DNA of 40,523 nucleotides from Proteobacteria bacterium UBA1673 (GTDB lineage Bacteria; Pseudomonadota; Gammaproteobacteria; Comchoanobacterales; Comchoanobacteraceae): NCBI GenBank assembly GCA_002320385.1, contig DCKN01000037.1, positions 1 to 40,523 of the forward strand, read 5' to 3'. Shown piece by piece: positions 35,201 to 40,523 of this stretch (position 1 is its first letter; each line of letters starts with the position of its first letter). The notes under the pieces were generated by a model. It saw only the letters and a program-made list of their open reading frames with translations, ran no database searches and was not told where the DNA came from. The position numbers and the translations under genes were made by a program.

Positions 35201-36320
35201 TCTAAGCCTCTACTGCCATTTGCCATGGTGCCAAGAGAAATGCCCCTATTGTGACTTTAATTCGTTCAAGAAAACGGACAAGGATCACATGTCGACGTAC
35301 ACAGATGCTATTTGCCAAGATATTCGGCATAGTGCATCTTTAGCGCTGGGTCGTCCGCTTCGCAGTATTTTTTTTGGTGGTGGCACGCCGAGCCTATTTC
35401 CTGAAGCCTCTATCAATCGTATACTTGACTGTATTCGATCGCACTTTACGCTAAGTCGTGACTGTGAAATAACACTTGAAATGAATCCCTCATCTTTTGA
35501 GATCAAAAAAATGCGCGCTTATGTCGAAATGGGGATTAACCGTTTATCCATAGGCGTGCAGAGTTTTCATGAAGAATCATTGCGGCTACTTGGTCGCACT
35601 CACGACCCACAAGAAGCACTGCTTGCGGTTGATACCGCCCTATCCTTGCCTTTTAGCTCTGTGAATGTGGATTTAATGTATGCACTGCCACAACAAACAC
35701 TAGCGGCATCACTTGCTGATCTGCAACAAGTCATTACTTTGGCTCCCCCTCATATTTCCTGGTACGAACTCACCATTGAGGCCAATACATACTTCGCCAA
35801 ATATCGCCCCAATTTGCCTGACGACGAATTACAGTTTGCGATGTACCAACAAGGCATTCAAACACTGCGTCAGCATGGTTATGAACGTTATGAGATTTCC
35901 GCTTTTGCCCAAACACCCATGCTTCAGTGTCAACATAATCTCAATTATTGGCAGTTTGACGATTATTTGGGTTGTGGTAATGGTGCTAGCAGTAAGATTA
36001 CCATGAATGGCCGTATCAAACGCTTTCAAAAATATCGAAACCCTGGTCTTTATCAGGCCAATCCTACGCAACATGTCCATGAATCTATTGTTAGTCCCGA
36101 TGCACTTGTATTTGAATACATGCTCAATCGTATGCGTCTTTTGTCGCCTATTCCTTGGGGTGATATACAGGCAAAAACCATGCTCTCTGATAAGGAACTG
36201 CGTGAGCGTCTGGCTCCCTGTATCAACCAAGGCTATCTCGAGGCGACACCTGATGATCTGTCAATCACTGAAAAAGGCCAATTGTTTATGAATGACTGTC
36301 AGGCATTATTGATTTCTTGA
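35187..36320 (+). CDS. hemW: Radical-SAM heme chaperone HemW (HemN-like, YggW family).
   Basis: LYCHLPWCQEKCPYCDFNS is the CxxxCxxC motif. FFGGGTPSL, INRLSIGVQSF and YEISAF are also present. ATG at 35187 overlaps the end of the GNAT gene. Confidence 0.9.
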   Translation: MTHPNLSLYCHLPWCQEKCPYCDFNSFKKTDKDHMSTYTDAICQDIRHSASLALGRPLRSIFFGGGTPSLFPEASINRILDCIRSHFTLSRDCEITLEMNPSSFEIKKMRAYVEMGINRLSIGVQSFHEESLRLLGRTHDPQEALLAVDTALSLPFSSVNVDLMYALPQQTLAASLADLQQVITLAPPHISWYELTIEANTYFAKYRPNLPDDELQFAMYQQGIQTLRQHGYERYEISAFAQTPMLQCQHNLNYWQFDDYLGCGNGASSKITMNGRIKRFQKYRNPGLYQANPTQHVHESIVSPDALVFEYMLNRMRLLSPIPWGDIQAKTMLSDKELRERLAPCINQGYLEATPDDLSITEKGQLFMNDCQALLIS

Positions 36321-36642
36321 TACGGCGCTGATGTATGATAGCGCAACGCTTACAAGGTCAACGTTGAATGTCAGTCGTCTCGGATTATCGGATTCAAAGT
36401 GATCAATCTGGCTATGTAATCATACCGCGCTTATGCTTGAAAAAAGACCATCGGATTCTTGGCTCAAGGCGCGTTCATAATCAGTTACGATAGCCACGAT
36501 GACTTTTGTTATTTACAAAACCGCCAAAACCACAATAGGATCGACAAAACTCAATCGCTCATGGTCGTATGTACTGTCATCTCGAGGCCTATTCAATGCC
36601 GACGATTGATTACTGATCTTTCTGGGCATTTGCTTGATATGA

Positions 36643-36651
36643 TGGTATAAT
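36643..36651 (+). promoter_or_regulatory. Candidate extended -10 promoter element (TGgTATAAT) for trmB.
   Basis: tggtataat at 36643-36651, about 30 nt upstream of the trmB ATG. There is no strong -35. Confidence 0.35.
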
Positions 36652-36679
36652 CTTGCTGTTACGAAATGAATGGTTACCC

Positions 36680-37342
36680 ATGAAAAAAGCTACGAGCTAT
36701 CAGCGTCGATCCGGTCGCCTTAGTCATAACCAAAAAGAACAACTCATTAGTAATCCGCATCTATTACGGAGCCATGATGCGCTTGTTGATGTACTCAATA
36801 GCTATTCAAATAAGGCTCTTGCGTTGGAAATAGGATTTGGCATGGGTGAGCATCTATTACAGAATGCGCTTGAAAACTCCGATATCATACACATTGGGAT
36901 TGATATTTATCGGCCTGGAATTGCTCGAGTTCTTCAGATTATTGATGAAAAAAAATTGAATAATTGCTATGTTCTTGAGGGCGATGCTGTTGATCACCTT
37001 GCTTCTTTTGGCACAATACGCTTTCAATCGATTGATATTCATCACCCTGACCCATGGCCCAAAAAGCGGCATAAAAAACGACAGCTTTTGCATCAAGACT
37101 TTATTACTACCGCATGTAAGCTCTTGGAAGAAAACGGCAAACTACAAATCATTACCGATGATTTTTCCTATTTTGAGCACATTCTTGAGCAAATAAGCAT
37201 GCCTAGTATCGCCTCGCTCGTGGAGTCTTCGATTACAAGAAATCGCCCACCTAATAGTAAATATGGACGCAAGGCTGTGGCCGAGGGCCGGGAAATCAAT
37301 GCCATTGACTTGATCAGACGCGTTGAATCCGTTGTAACATAA
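36680..37342 (+). CDS. trmB: tRNA (guanine46-N7)-methyltransferase TrmB.
   Basis: LEIGFGMGEHL is the SAM motif, and HHPDPWPKKRHKKRQL is also present. ATG at 36680. Confidence 0.93.
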   Translation: MKKATSYQRRSGRLSHNQKEQLISNPHLLRSHDALVDVLNSYSNKALALEIGFGMGEHLLQNALENSDIIHIGIDIYRPGIARVLQIIDEKKLNNCYVLEGDAVDHLASFGTIRFQSIDIHHPDPWPKKRHKKRQLLHQDFITTACKLLEENGKLQIITDDFSYFEHILEQISMPSIASLVESSITRNRPPNSKYGRKAVAEGREINAIDLIRRVESVVT

Positions 37343-37350
37343 TGCGCTGT

Positions 37351-38001
37351 CTATGCTAAGCGGAATGCGGGTGCCTGGACCCATATGACAGGTGCGGCAA
37401 AGGCGGGTTGGCAATTTGTGATGATTGGAAATTCTGGTAACAAATTGAGCGGGGCAAGATGAAAGTGCCCGGCACTGTCTCCGGGCATCACTCGACGTAA
37501 TATCAGACCAGTCTCTAATGCATAGACCAAACAGTCTTGTCCGATTAAATGATCGATCTCGGCTTGATATCGCTTAATGCCGGCAACATAGCATCCGTTG
37601 GGATACTGCGGCTGCATCGCAGCGTTGGTGACTGGACAATCGACTAAACCAGGATACAACTTTCGTAGTGCTGATAATTCTGCAATGATTTGCTTGCGCA
37701 TTGGCAGCAATGAATCTGGTAGTTTTAACGCTGCTAGCGCGTCAGCACCTTTCGGTCTTTGGTACGGCCCTGTACCAATTCCATACAATAGCCAATCCAT
37801 GCTGATTTCAATTTCCTCTGCCCGATAAGCACGCAATAAAGCGACCGCACCTCTTTCAGTGAGTCGATTTCTACCTGACTCCCAATTTTGTAAGGTACTT
37901 TTTGCAACACCGTAACGATGACTCAACTGGTCTCTTGATAAGCCACTTAGCCCTCGAACAAAATGCAGGCGCTTAGCGCGCGCTTGCGCTTCGGTTTGCA
38001 T
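37351..38001 (-). CDS. XRE/CI-like HTH transcriptional regulator with a degenerate, non-catalytic S24 (LexA/CI-type) C-terminal domain.
   Basis: HTH: LSRDQLSHRYGVAKSTLQNWESGRNRL. The C-terminal domain aligns to the S24 fold, but the GDSM Ser motif reads NAAMQPQYPNG and the TLKRL Lys motif reads ILRRV. The gene is visibly GC-richer than its flanks. Confidence 0.75.
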   Translation of the reverse strand: MQTEAQARAKRLHFVRGLSGLSRDQLSHRYGVAKSTLQNWESGRNRLTERGAVALLRAYRAEEIEISMDWLLYGIGTGPYQRPKGADALAALKLPDSLLPMRKQIIAELSALRKLYPGLVDCPVTNAAMQPQYPNGCYVAGIKRYQAEIDHLIGQDCLVYALETGLILRRVMPGDSAGHFHLAPLNLLPEFPIITNCQPAFAAPVIWVQAPAFRLA

Positions 38002-38399
38002 ACAGCATCCTTATCAACCCTCTTGTAGTTAAGCTAACAGATCCGTTTTTTTGATTCAACCGTATGAAAGTCGATTCGACTATCTCAGCGTTTGTATCAA
38101 AATTGATTGCACCCACTGTCTGAAGCTTAGATCGCTATCATTTGACAGATGTTTTTAGACAGTGTTCACGGTATCCCATACTGTCTACTCGCCCTGATAC
38201 TTTTGGTTTCGTAGGCCATGATAGCCTTTCGTAATCAATAATGCTCATGCTGTTGATCGATCCAGTTTTATTTAACGCTTGATTGACACGACCTGTCTTA
38301 TCATCGGCGGACCGTTTCTTCTTCAATAATCTCGTGGACAAGTGGTTGCTGAGTGCTGGATGCTTGGTGCCGGGTGTTGGCAAAAACCGTCTACGGTAT

Positions 38400-38434
38400 T
38401 TACATTATTTGTTAACATGATATCATTAATGTAA
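38400..38434. promoter_or_regulatory. Inverted repeat TTACATTA-N19-TAATGTAA (candidate operator) just upstream of ORF 38453.
   Basis: ttacatta at 38400-38407 and taatgtaa at 38427-38434, enclosing gttaac. It lies 19 nt before the ATG. Confidence 0.3.
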
Positions 38435-38452
38435 CAATTTAAAATTTATAAC

Positions 38453-39316
38453 ATGCCTCGACCTACCAACAAATTTTATGACTGGATTAGTCACCGTGTT
38501 GTGAGACCATTGTCTCGTATCATCGCTCCAGAAAATACTGATTATTCTGTTGGAGATCAACTCATCATCAAGCGCTTAACCGGGCTACCCAGTTGTATGT
38601 ATACTGATGAAAACCCATCCCGATCACCGGAACAGTTTGCACAACAGTTTCGCTCACAGTCGATGCTGACTTGGCTGTATCAACACCATGATCACCCATT
38701 GTTTGTTCAACAAAATACCACTGCTCTGCACACGCTGGTGCGTCTTCAGGATGTTCATGGGATTGGTGTCCTGGCTAAGCGTCAGGTTGATATGAATATC
38801 AAGGAGACCGCTTCAGGATTAAGTTGTTTAAATTTGTTAACTGGCATGTGTGCCAATCATCAAAGTCGCGTCTTCTTTGATGCTCAGCGTAATCGCTTGC
38901 ACATGGGTAGACGCGATTCCTTATTTGCGACCCTGTGTCAATACGGTGCGACAATCGACCTTGGCACCTTAATTCATATTATGACTGATTGTTCGACCCT
39001 TAAGCGGCGTCAATTTACTTGTTGGCATTATTTTATGCAGCACCACCAAGATGCACTATTTGCCTTATGTTCAACACACAACGCCAAGCGGACCAGTTAT
39101 TCACAATGGAAGACATTCTGCACCGATCATTTGGGGGCAGCGTTCAAGCGGCACATGCAACACAGTGACCACACGCGCTTCCAAAACTATAGTCGGGATC
39201 AATTGAAAAAAGTGCTTACAACAATCGTCGAAGAGTGTAGCGGTCTTTTATATGATATGCGCCGCTCAACGTCTTTGCATGAGACAAAGATCACTGCGAT
39301 TGAGCCAGTCGGGTAA
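38453..39316 (+). CDS. Hypothetical His/Cys-rich protein (ORFan), possibly with degenerate ankyrin-like repeats.
   Basis: 287-aa ORF with an ATG start. The segment NTTALHTLVRLQDVHGIGVLAKRQVDMNIKETASGLSCLNLLTG loosely fits the ankyrin pattern (TALH ... LL.. ..D.N). Confidence 0.55.
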   Translation: MPRPTNKFYDWISHRVVRPLSRIIAPENTDYSVGDQLIIKRLTGLPSCMYTDENPSRSPEQFAQQFRSQSMLTWLYQHHDHPLFVQQNTTALHTLVRLQDVHGIGVLAKRQVDMNIKETASGLSCLNLLTGMCANHQSRVFFDAQRNRLHMGRRDSLFATLCQYGATIDLGTLIHIMTDCSTLKRRQFTCWHYFMQHHQDALFALCSTHNAKRTSYSQWKTFCTDHLGAAFKRHMQHSDHTRFQNYSRDQLKKVLTTIVEECSGLLYDMRRSTSLHETKITAIEPVG

Positions 39317-39484
39317 GAAAATGAGGTTTATCTTAGCCGATTATTTCATGTAATTACCAGGCTTAACGCACTGAACAGACGCCTAGGGCTTTAGTGTGGC
39401 TAAGATTGCAATCATCGTATGTGATGGCTGGAGATTTGTAGCAAATTCTATTAAGATATCATCTTATCAAACAGCATAGGCTTT

Positions 39485-39715
39485 ATGAACGATAACGCTT
39501 TTATCTGTAAACGGCTTGGTGCTGGGCATACGCCCATGCAAAGATCTCCTTATCCTGGAGAACTTGGTCAAACCATTCAACAGTATTATTCACTCGAGGC
39601 TTGGCAACTTTGGCTTGAACAACAAACTCAGTTGATCAATGAACATCGTTTGAATCCATTGGATCCCAAAGATCGTCATATGATTGAACAGGCCATGCGT
39701 GCTTTTTTCTCTTAA
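39485..39715 (+). CDS. yggX: Fe(2+)-trafficking protein YggX.
   Basis: YPGELGQTIQQYYSLEAWQLWLEQQTQLINEHRLNPLDPKDR matches E. coli YggX as I remember it ([36 protein letters not shown]). Confidence 0.9.
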   Translation: MNDNAFICKRLGAGHTPMQRSPYPGELGQTIQQYYSLEAWQLWLEQQTQLINEHRLNPLDPKDRHMIEQAMRAFFS

Positions 39716-40018
39716 TTGTCATGCGTGTTAAGCATCCAGCGTTTGGAATAGCTCATGCAACCCTGAGCTTACGTGCTGATTACGCTGTATTTTAAGGGGC
39801 CGCTTGATCAGATGAGAAGCTTGCGTGTGCGTCGGAATACTATTTTTGGCGCATCATAGGGACTTGTTGATCAAGATCACGACAATCCCGTAACGATCAT
39901 TGACAAACGATTTCAGGAAATGATCGACTCGGTTACGTAAGCTGCTGTGCTGCCGCTAAGGTTAAATACCCACAAAGCACTTGCAATAATCATTAGAAAA
40001 GGGTTTAATACTACCACC

Positions 40019-40091
40019 GGCCAGATAGCTCAGTTGGTAGAGCAGTGGACTGAAAATCCTCGTGTCGGCAGTTCGAATCTGCCTCTGGCCA
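40019..40091 (+). tRNA. tRNA-Phe (anticodon GAA); CCA is not encoded.
   Basis: Cloverleaf read by hand. Acceptor stem GGCCAGA/TCTGGCC plus discriminator A. D arm GCTC-AGTTGGTA-GAGC. Anticodon stem GTGGA/TCCTC with one U-U mismatch, and loop CTGAAAA. T arm GGCAG-TTCGAAT-CTGCC. It is close to E. coli tRNA-Phe. Confidence 0.93.
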
Positions 40092-40450
40092 TTCTCCTTG
40101 CATTTATCAATCTTCGCAGATAGATTCGTTAAGTTTCTTCTGATGATCGTCCACGACATGCCTAAACATCTTTGAGGTAGCTTTGCAACCTGATCATGTC
40201 ATTGTTGATCCCATAAACAGCGTGATGTTCTACTTGCTGTCTTGTTGGTCATACGCTTTAGAGACCTCATGAATCTTTTATTATTCGATGACATTGTGCT
40301 AAGGTTTGTGCATAGCGCAGTCATATGCGCATCGATTCTGCTTGTTTACCAATTGCAAAAGCACGTCGAGGTATTTTTATCAGAAAACAGTCGACAATGT
40401 CTGTTAAAATAATTAAACTAATGTTAACTGTAGTCTATTCTGAGTTTTTT

Positions 40451-40523
40451 ATGCGCAAACATTTTCACCCTTTTTTAATATTCGTTTTGTTGTCATGTTG
40501 GGTGCCTATCTTCGCCGATGATG
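40451..40523 (+). CDS. 5' end of a secreted protein or lipoprotein gene, truncated by the window edge.
   Basis: ATG at 40451 gives MRKHFHPFLIFVLLSCWVPIFADD, which is signal-peptide-like with a possible LLSC lipobox. It is open to the end of the window. Confidence 0.35.
   Translation, partial: MRKHFHPFLIFVLLSCWVPIFADD

Noticed and set aside
36459-36650. 63-aa ORF in the hemW-trmB spacer.
   Set aside because: It has a GTG/TTG-type start, no RBS and no motifs, and it overlaps the candidate trmB promoter.
38138-38383. 81-aa reverse-strand ORF upstream of the XRE regulator.
   Set aside because: It has a TTG start without a Shine-Dalgarno sequence and basic low-complexity composition, and I recognise no family. 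It lies in what looks like the regulatory spacer.
39962-40159. 65-aa reverse-strand ORF.
   Set aside because: It runs antisense straight through the tRNA-Phe gene.
40270-40413. 47-codon plus-strand ORF (MNLLLFDDIVLRFVHSAVICASILLVYQLQK...).
   Set aside because: It is too short, has no obvious RBS and no recognisable motifs. It could be a small membrane protein, but that is unsupported.

Overview
This is an AT-rich bacterial chromosomal segment. The backbone is conserved gammaproteobacterial housekeeping genes: mutY, ampG, ndk-rlmN, mreBCD facing gatCAB, an MFS transporter, miaB-phoH(ybeZ)-corC, leuS, plsY, tsaD, a GNAT acetyltransferase, hemW, trmB, yggX and tRNA-Phe. Lineage-specific genes sit at most breaks in that synteny. 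This mosaic, the eukaryote-like domains and several decayed genes suggest a Legionellales/Coxiellales-type intracellular bacterium; that is inference, and no database was searched. Five loci stand out. (1) A reverse-strand gene at 1-1894, open at the window edge and absent from the ORF track, is built from at least 13 in-frame 43/44-aa tandem repeats. (2) The protein at 13016-14686 has an ordered His-Asp-Gln-Cys signature of CE-clan (Ulp1-like) deubiquitinase/deSUMOylase enzymes, fused to a C-terminal hydrophobic hairpin. (3) The protein at 5280-7703 resembles a P1B-type ATPase and keeps CPC, DRTGT and GDDIND, but appears to lack the whole nucleotide-binding domain. (4) The protein at 9338-10105 is a membrane-anchored pseudoazurin homologue whose axial copper ligand Met is replaced by His. 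(5) A lexA / Y-family polymerase / rnfH operon at 10544-12739 is preceded by a GTTC-N7-GTTC direct repeat, the alphaproteobacterial type of SOS box. Smaller observations: a head-to-head DnaA-box pair in a 438-bp spacer between convergent genes; a visibly GC-richer islet at about 37343-39316 carrying a CI-like repressor with a catalytically dead S24 domain; a frameshift-split gene; a 66-bp in-frame duplication of the ampG start; and missing ybeY/lnt and lptE/holA at their usual positions. I found no CRISPR array, rRNA, transposase or integrase.
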